From sequence record DRR723986_22525: 64,000 nucleotides of DNA, one strand, 5' to 3'. A program made the position numbers and the translations under genes. Of this stretch, positions 27,359-38,482 are shown piece by piece (positions within the stretch are counted from its first letter, which is position 1; every line of letters starts with the position of its first letter). The notes beneath the pieces were generated by a model. It had not been told where the DNA came from. It saw only the letters and a program-made list of their open reading frames with translations, and ran no database searches.

Positions 27359-27725
27359 TAGTAACTTCCGAAACTTTACTTATAGCATTCAAGCGAAAAA
27401 GAACTCTTAGGGGTTCTTTTTCTATTTCTACCCCTTCACAGGCATTGCTTGGCTCAAGGAAGTAGAAGAAAAAAGTCTGGCTTTTGTCCACCAATTCCAC
27501 TCGGTCAGGGCGTCCAAATGTCTTGATCAAAGCTTGATTGTCAACTCCTAGAAATGTGTTTTTGAGTCGCTCTAGCTCTTCTAAATCCTGCATTCTTAAT
27601 CCCTTACATCCGTAATGGTCAGCTTTCCAGTTTTCCATATTCATGCTTCCTGTATCTCTTTTGGAGCTGCAAGAAAGAGATGCGGAAAGAATAAGGGCAG
27701 AGAAAAGTAAAAGAGATTTATTCAT
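27339..27725 (-). CDS. Hypothetical lipoprotein (SmpA/BamE-like FGRPD motif)
   Basis: Start reassigned to ATG 27725; lipobox SLSC. Confidence 0.65.
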   Translation of the reverse strand: MNKSLLLFSALILSASLSCSSKRDTGSMNMENWKADHYGCKGLRMQDLEELERLKNTFLGVDNQALIKTFGRPDRVELVDKSQTFFFYFLEPSNACEGVEIEKEPLRVLFRLNAISKVSEVTITTLNP

Positions 27726-27727
27726 GT

Positions 27728-28960
27728 CTATAAGGAAATAGAGGGGATTTGAGATTTTAGCTGTTGATTTTTCCAGAGCCAAAAGAAGGAAGTCAGCGTG
27801 TATGTACTTAGAACTACAATTAGAATCGGCAAAGGTAGGAGAGATTGAATTAGGAAAAAGACAACTCCCACAAAAGCTAAAATTCTTATCAGTTCTTGAG
27901 GCAAATACCAACCTCTCTTTTCAAAAACTCCCGAAAAGCTTACCGTCGTCCAAATGATGATAGCACTTACCAATACTTTCGGCATCCAAGTGAATGATTC
28001 GACTTTGAAGAGAAAGAAACCTGTCAGTAACAACACGAAGATATATTGAGTTAAAACATACCAGTTAAATGAGGGCGGGACAACCGTGTCAAATTTTTGA
28101 TAATCTGATTCCACCTCTTTCGGGGCTCGGTAGCCACCTAAGTAATCGGGCAACCAACCTGGTTTATTGAAAAGATATTTCACTCGATCTGACCAGTAGG
28201 GAATCATTTTCAGCTCATCCTTCATAGTGGAATAATGAGCTACATTTACCCAAACAGGGTTCCAGCTTTTTACCGGAGTAGTGATGCCATAGGTAGGCTT
28301 TTCTTCTTCTTCTTGAAAAGTGCCAAACCATTTATCGAATATGATGAATGTACCTGCGTGATTTTTATCAATGTACTTTGGATTTCTTCCGTGATGGACC
28401 CGGTGGTGGGAAGGCGTATTCATGAATTTTTCCAAGAAACCCATTCTATCAATTGCTTCAGTGTGAATCCAGAATTGATACAATAGATTAATTCCAGATG
28501 CCAAAACCAACATTACCGGATCAAAACCTAAGAGAGCCAGTGGAAAGTAAAAGAAGAAAGTCCATATCGTTTGTGTGCTACTTTGACGAAGTGCAACGGA
28601 GAGATTGTACTCTTCACTGGAATGATGTACCACATGTCCTCCCCAGAAAAGATTGATCTCATGGCTCATCCTGTGGGCCCAATAATAGCAAAAGTCATAA
28701 AGGAAGAAGAGTAGGAGAAATGTCCAGATGTTATTGGGGATTTGAAAAAAGGCGAGATGCTGATAAATCAAGGTATAAATCCCGATTGAAAGGATTTTGA
28801 TGAATACGCCAGTGACTTGTGAGATTACTCCACAATTGATATTTGTCACGGCATCATTGAGTCTATATCCGGGATGTTTTTGAAATCTAAGCGCAATCAT
28901 TTCTATTGCCATCAAGATGAAATACATCGGGATCGCGATCACTACTGGACTGAGGTTCAT
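27728..28960 (-). CDS. Sterol desaturase / alkylglycerol monooxygenase-like membrane di-iron enzyme
   Basis: His boxes HRMSH, HVVHH, WIH, HHRVHH; ATG 28960. Confidence 0.85.
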   Translation of the reverse strand: MNLSPVVIAIPMYFILMAIEMIALRFQKHPGYRLNDAVTNINCGVISQVTGVFIKILSIGIYTLIYQHLAFFQIPNNIWTFLLLFFLYDFCYYWAHRMSHEINLFWGGHVVHHSSEEYNLSVALRQSSTQTIWTFFFYFPLALLGFDPVMLVLASGINLLYQFWIHTEAIDRMGFLEKFMNTPSHHRVHHGRNPKYIDKNHAGTFIIFDKWFGTFQEEEEKPTYGITTPVKSWNPVWVNVAHYSTMKDELKMIPYWSDRVKYLFNKPGWLPDYLGGYRAPKEVESDYQKFDTVVPPSFNWYVLTQYIFVLLLTGFFLFKVESFTWMPKVLVSAIIIWTTVSFSGVFEKRGWYLPQELIRILAFVGVVFFLIQSLLPLPILIVVLSTYTLTSFFWLWKNQQLKSQIPSISL

Positions 28961-29075
28961 TATTTTGGGTGTTTTTCTGAAGCTACTTGTCAAAGATAAT
29001 GATAAAAGGAACATTGAGAAGTCGGTTTCTGTTTGCTCAAATCCTTTATATTAGCACATTCAATTCCCCTCAATT

Positions 29076-29570
29076 ATGTATTACCGATTCGGAAAAGCCT
29101 TTTATTTCCTTAGTGTTACCCTCTTCATTTTCTTCTTGCTTTATTTCTACTCTGCGTTACCAGAAAATGTCAGCTATAATTACGATGAAAATGGATTATC
29201 GCCTGAAAAGCTAAGTAAGGGCACATTTTTCTATGGAATGATTGCCATATTTATTATTATGAATGTGTTTGTCCTGTTGCCTCCAAAGCTTCTTGAAACC
29301 AAAAACCACAAAGGATTGATTCGTATTTTCCCTATTGGTGATAAGTTTCGGGATTACTATTTGGCTTGGTTTTATTCCTTTGGTGGGATTCTAAATATGA
29401 GCTTAGGAATGTTGATATTTTATACCCATGCCATCAATAATCAGGAAGTAATAGCAGCAAGTCAATTTAATTTCTTTTTCTACCTCATTCCAGGCCTTTT
29501 TGTGCTATGGGTGTTAGGTTTGTTTGGTATTCTAGTAGGGAAATTCAATCAGGTTAAAAATAATTCTTGA
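29076..29570 (+). CDS. Hypothetical 4-TM membrane protein, first gene of the parE-parC-trmH run
   Basis: 164 aa hydrophobic ORF ending 23 nt before parE. Confidence 0.7.
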   Translation: MYYRFGKAFYFLSVTLFIFFLLYFYSALPENVSYNYDENGLSPEKLSKGTFFYGMIAIFIIMNVFVLLPPKLLETKNHKGLIRIFPIGDKFRDYYLAWFYSFGGILNMSLGMLIFYTHAINNQEVIAASQFNFFFYLIPGLFVLWVLGLFGILVGKFNQVKNNS

Positions 29571-29593
29571 GCAGAATAAGCATCAATTAAACT

Positions 29594-31495
29594 ATGGCTG
29601 GAGAAGTAAAATACACAGAAGACAGTATAAAATCCCTGGATTGGAGGGAACATATCCGACTAAGACCGGGTATGTATATCGGTAAATTGGGAGACGGAAG
29701 CGCTCAGGATGATGGGATCTATGTATTGGTAAAAGAAGTTTTGGATAATTCCATCGATGAACACATGATGGGCTACGGAAGAACTATTGATGTCAAAATC
29801 TCTGACCATAAAGTGGAAGTCCGTGATTATGGCCGTGGGATTCCTCTTGGTAAAGTCATCGATTGTGTGTCCAAAATAAATACAGGTGGAAAATATGATT
29901 CTGGTGCCTTTCAAAAGTCAGTAGGACTTAATGGGGTGGGTACAAAAGCTGTGAACGCACTTTCCGATTTTTTCAAAGTACAGGCTTACCGCGAAGGCGA
30001 AACCAAAGTTGCTGAATTCGAAAAGGGAATTTTGGTCAATGATGCACCAATAATTAAGTCCTCAGATCGAAATGGTACCAAGGTGGTTTTTTCTCCTGAT
30101 GGAGGGATTTTTAAAAACTATCATTTCATTCCTGAATACTTGGAAAACCAAATCTGGAATTATGCTTATCTAAATGCCGGTCTCACGATCAATTATAATG
30201 GTAAGAAATATTTTTCAGACAGAGGTTTATACGATCTTCTATCTAATAAAATAGACGAGGAAAGCCAGCGCTATCCAATCATTCACCTGAAAGGGAATGA
30301 CATAGAAATGGCACTCACGCACTCTAATCAGTATGGGGAGGAGTACTATTCCTTCGTAAATGGGCAATATACCACTCAAGGTGGAACTCACTTGGCAGCA
30401 TTCAGAGAGGCGGTTGTAAAGACTGTAAGAGAATTCTTTAAGAAAGATTACGATGCTTCTGACATTCGCCAAAGTGTCGTAGCTGCAATTTCTATTCGAG
30501 TTCAGGAGCCTGTTTTCGAATCCCAGACTAAAACCAAACTAGGATCTCAATCGGTAGGACCAGATGGACCAACTGTGCGAACGTTTATCAACGATTTCTT
30601 AAAAACCGAACTGGATAATTACCTTCATAAAAATCCTGCTGTTGCGGACGCACTTTTGAAGAGAATTTTACAGTCAGAGCGGGAGCGTAAGGAGATTTCC
30701 GGAATTAAAAAATTAGCAAATGAGCGTGCTAAAAAGGCCAATCTTCATAATAAAAAACTAAGGGATTGCCGAGTGCACTACGACGATCCAAAGGCAAATG
30801 ATGATGTGAAGGCGAATACTATGCTTTTCCTTACGGAAGGTGACTCTGCTTCAGGATCTATTACCAAATCCCGTGATGTGCAGACTCAGGCAGTTTTTTC
30901 CCTGCGAGGAAAGCCTTTGAATTGTTTTGGGATGACTAAGAAAGTGGTGTATGAGAATGAGGAATTCAACCTTCTACAACATGCTTTGAATATAGAAGAT
31001 GGAATTGAAAACCTTCGATATAGAAAGATTGTAATAGCAACAGATGCCGATGTCGATGGTATGCATATTCGCTTGCTGATCATGACTTATTTCTTGCAGT
31101 TTTTCCCTGATTTAGTGAAAAATGGACATTTATTCATTTTGGAAACGCCGCTTTTCCGAGTGAGAAATAAGAAGGAAACCATCTATTGCTATACTGACGA
31201 AGAAAGACAACGCGCGATTCATAAACTTGGAAATAAGCCTGAAATCACTCGATTTAAAGGGTTGGGAGAGATTTCTCCAGAGGAATTTGGAGGTTTTATA
31301 GGTGAAGACATTCGCTTGGAACCAATCATTTTGAATAAGGAAACCAAGATTGTTGATTTGCTTACTTTCTATATGGGTAAAAACACCCCTAACCGTCAGA
31401 ACTTCATTATCAAAAACTTGAAGATTGAGAAGGATTTGGCGCTTGAAGATCCTAAAAAAGCAGATGAGCCGGAAGAAGATAATGAAGCAGCTTAG
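29594..31495 (+). CDS. parE: DNA topoisomerase IV subunit B
   Basis: RPGMYIG, E..DNS.DE, GLNGVG, EGDSA, LRGK, DADVDG, RFKGLGE. Confidence 0.92.
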   Translation: MAGEVKYTEDSIKSLDWREHIRLRPGMYIGKLGDGSAQDDGIYVLVKEVLDNSIDEHMMGYGRTIDVKISDHKVEVRDYGRGIPLGKVIDCVSKINTGGKYDSGAFQKSVGLNGVGTKAVNALSDFFKVQAYREGETKVAEFEKGILVNDAPIIKSSDRNGTKVVFSPDGGIFKNYHFIPEYLENQIWNYAYLNAGLTINYNGKKYFSDRGLYDLLSNKIDEESQRYPIIHLKGNDIEMALTHSNQYGEEYYSFVNGQYTTQGGTHLAAFREAVVKTVREFFKKDYDASDIRQSVVAAISIRVQEPVFESQTKTKLGSQSVGPDGPTVRTFINDFLKTELDNYLHKNPAVADALLKRILQSERERKEISGIKKLANERAKKANLHNKKLRDCRVHYDDPKANDDVKANTMLFLTEGDSASGSITKSRDVQTQAVFSLRGKPLNCFGMTKKVVYENEEFNLLQHALNIEDGIENLRYRKIVIATDADVDGMHIRLLIMTYFLQFFPDLVKNGHLFILETPLFRVRNKKETIYCYTDEERQRAIHKLGNKPEITRFKGLGEISPEEFGGFIGEDIRLEPIILNKETKIVDLLTFYMGKNTPNRQNFIIKNLKIEKDLALEDPKKADEPEEDNEAA

Positions 31496-31583
31496 CTAAC
31501 AATCAGCTAAAGTGGGATCACAAGAAATGATTTTGATTTGAAGGGGTGTGAACCTTTCAACTTTGTAGATACTGTACGACAAT

Positions 31584-34208
31584 ATGAGTGAAGAAAACAA
31601 TTTACCTACGAACGGAGATGAATCCCTGCACACTTCAGTCCCAGTGACTGGAATGTACAAGGAATGGTTTCTGGATTATGCATCTTATGTAATTCTAGAA
31701 AGAGCTGTTCCGGCTATCGAGGATGGATTGAAACCTGTGCAGAGAAGAATTTTGCACGCAATGAAGGAAATGGATGATGGTCGATTTAATAAAGTCGCCA
31801 ATATCATCGGTCAATCCATGCAATTTCACCCACATGGAGACGCTTCTATTGGCGATGCCATTGTAAATATCGGGCAAAAAGACCTTCTCATTGAAACCCA
31901 AGGAAACTGGGGGGATGTAAGAACGGGTGACCGCGCTGCAGCTGCCAGATACATTGAGGCGAGACTTTCAAAATTCGCGCTTGAAGTATTGTTTAATGCC
32001 CAGACTACGGAGTGGCAACTTTCCTACGATGGTAGAAAGAGAGAGCCAGTCACGCTACCTGTCAAATTTCCACTTTTATTGGCTCAAGGTGTAGAAGGAA
32101 TTGCAGTAGGGCTTTCGACTAAAATACTTCCTCACAACTTTTGCGAGTTAATTCTTGCTTCTATAGAGATTCTGAAAGGCAACAAAACCAATGTGCTGCC
32201 TGATTTTATCACTGGTGGTTATGCTGACTTTTCTGAGTACAACGAAGGCCTCCGAGGAGGTAAAGTTAAGGTTAGAGCAAGAATTGAAGAAGAAGATAGT
32301 AAGACGCTATTAATTAAGGACATACCATTTGGCGTGACTACGGATACATTGATCGATTCTATCCTGAAAGCGAACGATAAGGGTAAGATTAAGATCAAAA
32401 AAGTGGTCGATAATACGGCCAAGGACGTAGAGATCGCTATTCAATTAGCACCTGGAGTTTCGCCGGATGTTACTATTGATGCGCTGTATGCCTTCACTGA
32501 TTGTGAGGTTTCTATTTCACCAAATGCTTGTGTGATTATTAAGGATACTCCTGTGTTTCTAACAGTCAATGAAATCCTGGAATACAATACCAAGCAAACC
32601 AAATCACTTCTTAAACGGGAGTTAGAAATCCGCAAAGGTGAATTAATGGAGAAGCTTCTTTTCTCCTCTTTGGAAAAAATATTCATAGAAAATAGAATCT
32701 ATCGTGACATCGAAGAGTGTACTACTTGGGATGATGTGTTGAAGGCGATAGATGATGGTTTGGAGCCTTATAAGCCAGGTTTTTATAGAGAGATCACAAC
32801 AGATGATTTGGTTCGATTAACTGAGATCAAGATCAAGCGAATTTCCAAATTTGATACGTTCAAGGCAGATGAGCTTATGAAGCGCCTTCAGGATGAATTG
32901 AAGGAAGTAAATCATCACTTAAGACACTTGACCGATTTTGCGATAGCATATTATGAAAACCTCCTAACAAAATACGGTAAAGGAAGAGAGCGCAAGACAG
33001 AAATTAGAACTTTTGATGCCATCCAGGCCAATGTAGTAGCCGCAAACAATGCAAAACTATACGTGAATCGAGCAGATGGTTTCGTCGGATATGGCTTGAA
33101 GAAAGATGAGTTTGTTTGCGACTGCTCTGATCTGGATGATATCATTGTGATCCGGAAGGATGGCGTTTGTGTAGTATCCAAGATCCAGGAGAAGAATTTC
33201 ATGGGGAAGGATATTCTGCATGTTGCGGTATTCCGAAAGGGTGATGAACGTATGGTTTATAACTTCATCTATTTGGATGGAGGAACTGGCCGTGCCATGG
33301 TTAAGCGATTCCAGGTGCTGGCTGTTACGCGAGACAAAGAATATATGCTCACCAAGGGTAGTAAAGGAAGTAAGACACTTTACCTGACTGCCAATTCAAA
33401 TGGTGAAGCTGAAATCATTACAGTGTATTTGACTCAGGGTGCGAAAGCCAGAGTGAAGGTTTTTGACTTCGACTTTGCCTCAATAGATATCAAAGGAAGA
33501 GGAGCAGGCGGTAATATTTTAACTCGACACCCAATCCGAAAGATCCAATTGAAAATGGAAGGTGTATCGACTTTGGGAGGATTAAATATCTATTACGATC
33601 CTACAGTTGGCCGTTTAAACACGGATGAACGTGGTAAATTAATAGGTAATTTCTTGGGAGAAGACCGGATATTAGTATGTTACAAAAGTGGTGATTATGA
33701 ATTAACCAGCTTTGAAACCACAAATAGATATGACGCTCCAAATGTTGTATTGATTGAGAAATTTGATCCTGATAAAGTCTTGTCTGCCATATACTTTGAT
33801 GGTGGTAGTAAAACCTTTTATATAAAGCGTTTTCAGATAGAAACAACTACGCTAAACAAGAATTTTAATTTCATTTCTGATCACAAAAACTCATATCTCA
33901 AACTTATTTCCACTGAAAAACAGCCCCAGGCTCGGGTTACTCTGATTAAGGGAAAAGAAGAAGAGGAGATGGAATACGATTTGGATATGCTCATCGATGT
34001 GAAGGGATGGAAAGCCTTAGGTAATAAGTTGAGTACATATGAGATTAAATCTGTCAGCTTAATCGAATCTAAAAAATCAGATAAAGGGAAGGATTCCGAA
34101 TCCGAAGAAAATGAAGGTGACAGCGATTCGGAGGACGATCTTGAAGTAGGCTCTACTATAGATTTATCTGTGAAAAAAGATGATGAAGAACAACTGGGAC
34201 TATTTTAG
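31584..34208 (+). CDS. parC: DNA topoisomerase IV subunit A
   Basis: DGLKPVQRR, HPHGD, AAARY catalytic Tyr, no GyrA-box, acidic tail. Confidence 0.92.
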   Translation: MSEENNLPTNGDESLHTSVPVTGMYKEWFLDYASYVILERAVPAIEDGLKPVQRRILHAMKEMDDGRFNKVANIIGQSMQFHPHGDASIGDAIVNIGQKDLLIETQGNWGDVRTGDRAAAARYIEARLSKFALEVLFNAQTTEWQLSYDGRKREPVTLPVKFPLLLAQGVEGIAVGLSTKILPHNFCELILASIEILKGNKTNVLPDFITGGYADFSEYNEGLRGGKVKVRARIEEEDSKTLLIKDIPFGVTTDTLIDSILKANDKGKIKIKKVVDNTAKDVEIAIQLAPGVSPDVTIDALYAFTDCEVSISPNACVIIKDTPVFLTVNEILEYNTKQTKSLLKRELEIRKGELMEKLLFSSLEKIFIENRIYRDIEECTTWDDVLKAIDDGLEPYKPGFYREITTDDLVRLTEIKIKRISKFDTFKADELMKRLQDELKEVNHHLRHLTDFAIAYYENLLTKYGKGRERKTEIRTFDAIQANVVAANNAKLYVNRADGFVGYGLKKDEFVCDCSDLDDIIVIRKDGVCVVSKIQEKNFMGKDILHVAVFRKGDERMVYNFIYLDGGTGRAMVKRFQVLAVTRDKEYMLTKGSKGSKTLYLTANSNGEAEIITVYLTQGAKARVKVFDFDFASIDIKGRGAGGNILTRHPIRKIQLKMEGVSTLGGLNIYYDPTVGRLNTDERGKLIGNFLGEDRILVCYKSGDYELTSFETTNRYDAPNVVLIEKFDPDKVLSAIYFDGGSKTFYIKRFQIETTTLNKNFNFISDHKNSYLKLISTEKQPQARVTLIKGKEEEEMEYDLDMLIDVKGWKALGNKLSTYEIKSVSLIESKKSDKGKDSESEENEGDSDSEDDLEVGSTIDLSVKKDDEEQLGLF

Positions 34209-34221
34209 TCCCACTTTTTAA

Positions 34222-34926
34222 ATGGAAACCCTAAATCAATTAGAAACTATCGATCAAGGTTGGCTGGATTATTTGAGCCAATACATTACTGACCATAAGA
34301 AATCGGTAATGGAAAAGGTTCTAGCGCAAAGAACCCGTTTCCTGACGGTTGTTCTAGAAGATATTTTTAAGCCTCATAATGCAAGTGCAGTTCTTCGAAC
34401 CTGCGATTGTTTTGGGATTCAAGATGTGCATGTCATTGAAAAGGTAAATCAATATAAAGTGAACCCCTTTGTGACCAGAGGAGCATCCCAATGGATTGAT
34501 TTGCATAAATATTACAATAAAGAAGGGTCAGCCGTGCAGGATTGCTTTTCCAGTCTAAAAGCAAATGGTTATAAAATCTATGGAACTAGTCCATTACCTG
34601 GGTCAATTTCCATTCATGATTTAGAGCCTGATGAGAAGATCGCTCTTGTGTTTGGAAATGAACATGAAGGGATAAGCGAGGAGGTTCGGGAAAATGTTGA
34701 CGGATTAGTTCATATTCCTATGCTTGGTTTCACTGAGAGTTTTAATATTTCCGTGGCAGCTTCCATCTCTCTTTACGAGTTGGTCAAAAAAGTTGAGAAG
34801 TATAATCATCCTGATTTTTTCTTAACAGATGATGAAAAGCAACTCCTCCGGATGAAGTGGTACAAATCAGTTGTGAAACGAGCTGATTTGCATGAAAAAG
34901 CCTACTTACAGTCTAAAAATCGTTAA
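34222..34926 (+). CDS. trmH: TrmH/SpoU family RNA methyltransferase (tRNA Gm18)
   Basis: HNASAVLR, FGNEHEG, IPM.GF.ES.N.SVA. Confidence 0.8.
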   Translation: METLNQLETIDQGWLDYLSQYITDHKKSVMEKVLAQRTRFLTVVLEDIFKPHNASAVLRTCDCFGIQDVHVIEKVNQYKVNPFVTRGASQWIDLHKYYNKEGSAVQDCFSSLKANGYKIYGTSPLPGSISIHDLEPDEKIALVFGNEHEGISEEVRENVDGLVHIPMLGFTESFNISVAASISLYELVKKVEKYNHPDFFLTDDEKQLLRMKWYKSVVKRADLHEKAYLQSKNR

Positions 34927-35528
34927 TTCTTCTTCGTGAATAGCGTGTTGATCTGTTCATTTAAAGGCACTTTTTGAGCTTTGTTTTTCGCTCTTTGACG
35001 CTGCCGTTGCTTTTTCTTTTGTTCCTTACTTTTCACTAATACCATCCGGGCAGAGATACCGACTTGACCTCTATAAAACTCTTCTCGTCCCATCAAATTA
35101 ATATTGGGTTTGTAGTCTAAAGAGATTACCGTATTTAAGACAGTAAGTTCCAACCCACCAATTAAGTCTAGTCCAACAGTGGAATTTCCATAAGTATGCA
35201 AAATCTGCATGGTCTCTGGATCTTTTACAAAGCTTTCTTCTACACCGATGGAAGGCCCTATTCCATAATAATAATTGAATCTCTTCGAGATGATCGGATG
35301 GTGTTTTTCCATCAACACCGAAAGGGTGGTGTTCAACTTGAAATCGGATTGGATAATCCCCTCAATAGAAAGCCGCTTGCTAATTCGCTGCTGAGCTGTG
35401 AATCCTACGGTTCTATACTGGTTGCTGTTTCCGAATCTCAGCCCAACTGCAGTTCCATATCGCTGTGCCTTAGCTAAAGAGATGCTAAAGAAAATAACAA
35501 GTATAAGGAGAGCTAAACGTTTATTCAT
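34923..35528 (-). CDS. Hypothetical outer-membrane beta-barrel-like protein with basic C-terminal tail
   Basis: Signal AKA|Q, alternating beta-strands, SLDYKP motif; ATG 35528. Confidence 0.6.
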   Translation of the reverse strand: MNKRLALLILVIFFSISLAKAQRYGTAVGLRFGNSNQYRTVGFTAQQRISKRLSIEGIIQSDFKLNTTLSVLMEKHHPIISKRFNYYYGIGPSIGVEESFVKDPETMQILHTYGNSTVGLDLIGGLELTVLNTVISLDYKPNINLMGREEFYRGQVGISARMVLVKSKEQKKKQRQRQRAKNKAQKVPLNEQINTLFTKKN

Positions 35529-35599
35529 AAGTGATTTCAAAAAGGAATGACCCATGTTCAATAACTATTCCAACCTTTGATTTTCTCTGCAATACCTAT

Positions 35600-35639
35600 A
35601 AAAAATGCCCTCAAAAGCTAATTGCTAATGAGGGCATTT
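35600..35639 (-). terminator. Intrinsic terminator of the cyclophilin gene
   Basis: aaatgccctca...tgagggcattt with A-run. Confidence 0.65.
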
Positions 35640-35660
35640 GTAATTATAGTCTATGTTGAA

Positions 35661-36098
35661 TTAAGATTCTGACAAGACAATCTTTTCGATTTTGTCTCCA
35701 GCTCTTATCTCATCGATCACATCCAGCCCTTCAACGACTTTCCCAAAACAAGTGTGGTTTCTATCCAAGTGAGCAGTATTGTCTCGGCTGTGGCAAATGA
35801 AGAACTGAGATCCGCCGGTATTTCTACCCGCATGCGCCATCGAAAGAACTCCTCGGTCGTGATACTGATTTTCTCCGTCTAGTTCACATTTAATGTGGTA
35901 ACCAGGCCCACCAGTTCCGTTTCCTTTAGGACAGCCACCTTGAATTACAAAATTTGGGATAACTCTATGGAAAGTCAATCCATCGTAAAATCCTTTATTA
36001 GCAAGGTCAACGAAATTTTGAACTGCAATTGGCGCGTCCTTTTCGTAAAACTCAACTTTCATTGTTCCCTTCTCTGTAATTAATTCCGCTGTCTTCAT
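35661..36098 (-). CDS. Cyclophilin-type peptidyl-prolyl isomerase
   Basis: [34 protein letters not shown]. Confidence 0.92.
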   Translation of the reverse strand: MKTAELITEKGTMKVEFYEKDAPIAVQNFVDLANKGFYDGLTFHRVIPNFVIQGGCPKGNGTGGPGYHIKCELDGENQYHDRGVLSMAHAGRNTGGSQFFICHSRDNTAHLDRNHTCFGKVVEGLDVIDEIRAGDKIEKIVLSES

Positions 36099-36211
36099 TT
36101 TTTCAGGTTTTTGATAAAAATTTATGGAAGCAAAAATAACTCTTACTTTGAATTTATTGTGCAGAAAAATGTTTTTAAAATCCTATTTAAAAGCATCTGT
36201 TGTGCAGATAG

Positions 36212-36745
36212 CTATTTCAATTTAACTGTTAATCCTAAGTTTAAAACTGAAATGCCATAGCCAATCTCTCCAAATGCACCTATTTTTTCATTAAAATGAT
36301 ATCGTGCTCCACCAAAAACACTATAAGTGAATCCACCGGCTGCATCAGGTTCCGGCATTCCAGGGGAAGAGTTTTCTATACTTACTGAAGCTACATTATA
36401 CCCCAGCAGTAGGCCAGCGTAAGTGTCGAGTTTTTCTGTTAATTCAAAATGATAAGCACCTCTAGCCCCAAAAATCAAATAAGTGTAAGATATCTTGCCT
36501 AGGAAGGGTATGTTGTCATTGGAACCTGCGTAACCCAAATATCCTCCGATTGATATTTGGTCAGTTATACCATAGTCAAGAGAAGCGCTGAGCGGAATCC
36601 CTACATCTCCAGTACCAAAAGTAGGGACTAACCCAACTCCAATATTTAGATCCATTTGTCCTTGCTGAAATTGCTGTGCCTGAACCTCATTAATTACTGT
36701 GACTGCAAAAAGAAATGCAATGGTTGATAAAATAATTTTTTTCAT
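36212..36745 (-). CDS. Small outer membrane beta-barrel protein
   Basis: ATG 36745, signal VQA|QQ, amphipathic strands (GARGAYHF, GEIGYG). Confidence 0.75.
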   Translation of the reverse strand: MKKIILSTIAFLFAVTVINEVQAQQFQQGQMDLNIGVGLVPTFGTGDVGIPLSASLDYGITDQISIGGYLGYAGSNDNIPFLGKISYTYLIFGARGAYHFELTEKLDTYAGLLLGYNVASVSIENSSPGMPEPDAAGGFTYSVFGGARYHFNEKIGAFGEIGYGISVLNLGLTVKLK

Positions 36746-36823
36746 AGTTTTTAAATAGTTAGAGATAATACTATCCAAAAGTAGAGTTCTAGATATTGCC
36801 TCTCAATACGTTAAATGCCCTAT

Positions 36824-36856
36824 AAAAAAAAGAGTCTGCATTCCAAATGCAGACTC
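36824..36856 (-). terminator. Intrinsic terminator of pckA
   Basis: gagtctgcatt-cca-aatgcagactc preceded by A8. Confidence 0.75.
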
Positions 36857-36880
36857 AGGTGTTATTAGGGTTTATAAATA

Positions 36881-38482
36881 TTATAGTAGAGGAGCTCCTT
36901 CTAGAATTTCAACTGTTGCAAACTCTTTGAATTTTTCAAAATTTGAATTGAAGGCCTCTGCGAGAATTTTCGCTTGCTTGTCATATCCTTCGGTATCTGC
37001 CCACGTTTTTCGTGGATTAAGTATTTGCGAAGGGACATTTGGACAATCTTGAGGGACTTCGAATCCGAAAACCTGATGCTTTTTATATTCCACTAGGTCT
37101 AATTTCCCTTCCAATGCTGCCGATATCATGGCGCGAGTGTAAGCTAATTTCATTCTGGAGCCAACTCCATATGGTCCACCAGTCCAGCCAGTATTGATCA
37201 GCCATACATTCGTATCATATTTCTCCATTTTTTCACCAAATAAGGTAGCATACTTGGCAGGGTGAAGAGGCAGAAATGCAGCTCCGAAACAGGCCGAAAA
37301 TGTCAATTTTGGTTCAGTAACACCCATTTCGGTTCCAGCAACTTTAGCTGTGTAACCAGAAATGAAATGATACATCGCCTGGCTTTTATTTAGTTTAGAA
37401 ATAGGAGGGATCACTCCAAATGCATCTGCCGTTAGAAAGAAAATATTCTTAGGAATACCTCCCACTGATGGGTTTTGAGCATTTGGAATAAAGTCAATTG
37501 GGTAAGCAGTTCTGGTATTTTCTGTTACAGATTTGTTTGCAAAATCTACCTCTCGGGAATTTTCTTTGAATCTAGTGTTTTCCACAATAGACCCAAATCT
37601 AATTGCATCCCAGATTTCAGGCTCTTTTTCTCTACTCAAGTCAATTACTTTTGCATAGCAGCCTCCCTCAAAGTTAAAAACTCCATTTTCTGTCCAGCCA
37701 TGTTCATCATCACCTATCAGGTTTCTTTTTGGATCGGCAGAAAGGGTGGTTTTGCCTGTGCCTGATAGCCCAAAGAAGATCGCTGTATCACCATTAGAAC
37801 CCACATTTGCGGAGCAGTGCATCGAAAGAATATGCTTGTCGTGGGGAAGAATGAAGTTTAGAACAGAGAAAATTCCTTTTTTCATTTCTCCGGCATACCC
37901 GGTACCTCCGATTAGGATGATGCGTTCTGTTAAATTTAGAATAGCAAAATTTGAATTTTTGGTGCCATCAGTCTCAGGATTAGCTTCGAATTCGGGAGCA
38001 CAAATAATGGTAAAGTCATGCTCGAAGCTCTTTAATTCATCCTCAGAAGGTCTAAGGAACATATTGTGGCAGAATAGATTGTGCCAAGCTTTGGTATTTA
38101 TCACCTTTATTTTGAGTCGATGATTTTCATCAGCTCCTGCATATGCATCTCTTACAAATAGCTCTTTGTCTGCAAGAAATGATTGCATCTTCCCTAGTAG
38201 CGATTGAAATTTCTTCGGATCAAAAGGGATATTAACATCACCCCACCAAACTGCATCTTTGGTCTTGTCATCCTGGACAATGTATCGGTCCTTTGGTGAT
38301 CTGCCAGTGAATTTGCCAGTGTCAGCCATGAAAGCGCCAGTGGATGTGAGTTTTCCTTCCTTTCGCTTCAAAGCAAATTCAACCAGTGCTGCTGGTGGAA
38401 GATTGATATGAACTTTTCTTTCTGGGGTAGATTGAAGAAAAGCCAGGGGAGAAGTCTGGGTAGCCAGATCTAGTTCCTGCAT
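36881..38482 (-). CDS. pckA: Phosphoenolpyruvate carboxykinase (ATP)
   Basis: TGRSPKD, YAGEMKK, MHCSAN, GLSGTGKTT, IGDDEHGW, FEGGCYAK. Confidence 0.96.
   Translation of the reverse strand: MQELDLATQTSPLAFLQSTPERKVHINLPPAALVEFALKRKEGKLTSTGAFMADTGKFTGRSPKDRYIVQDDKTKDAVWWGDVNIPFDPKKFQSLLGKMQSFLADKELFVRDAYAGADENHRLKIKVINTKAWHNLFCHNMFLRPSEDELKSFEHDFTIICAPEFEANPETDGTKNSNFAILNLTERIILIGGTGYAGEMKKGIFSVLNFILPHDKHILSMHCSANVGSNGDTAIFFGLSGTGKTTLSADPKRNLIGDDEHGWTENGVFNFEGGCYAKVIDLSREKEPEIWDAIRFGSIVENTRFKENSREVDFANKSVTENTRTAYPIDFIPNAQNPSVGGIPKNIFFLTADAFGVIPPISKLNKSQAMYHFISGYTAKVAGTEMGVTEPKLTFSACFGAAFLPLHPAKYATLFGEKMEKYDTNVWLINTGWTGGPYGVGSRMKLAYTRAMISAALEGKLDLVEYKKHQVFGFEVPQDCPNVPSQILNPRKTWADTEGYDKQAKILAEAFNSNFEKFKEFATVEILEGAPLL

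Noticed and set aside
31820..31860. ParC HPHGDAS (Ala at the position equivalent to GyrA Ser83) as an acquired quinolone-resistance mutation
   Set aside because: It cannot be distinguished from a natural lineage variant without an alignment, and it is probably ancestral in this divergent ParC type.
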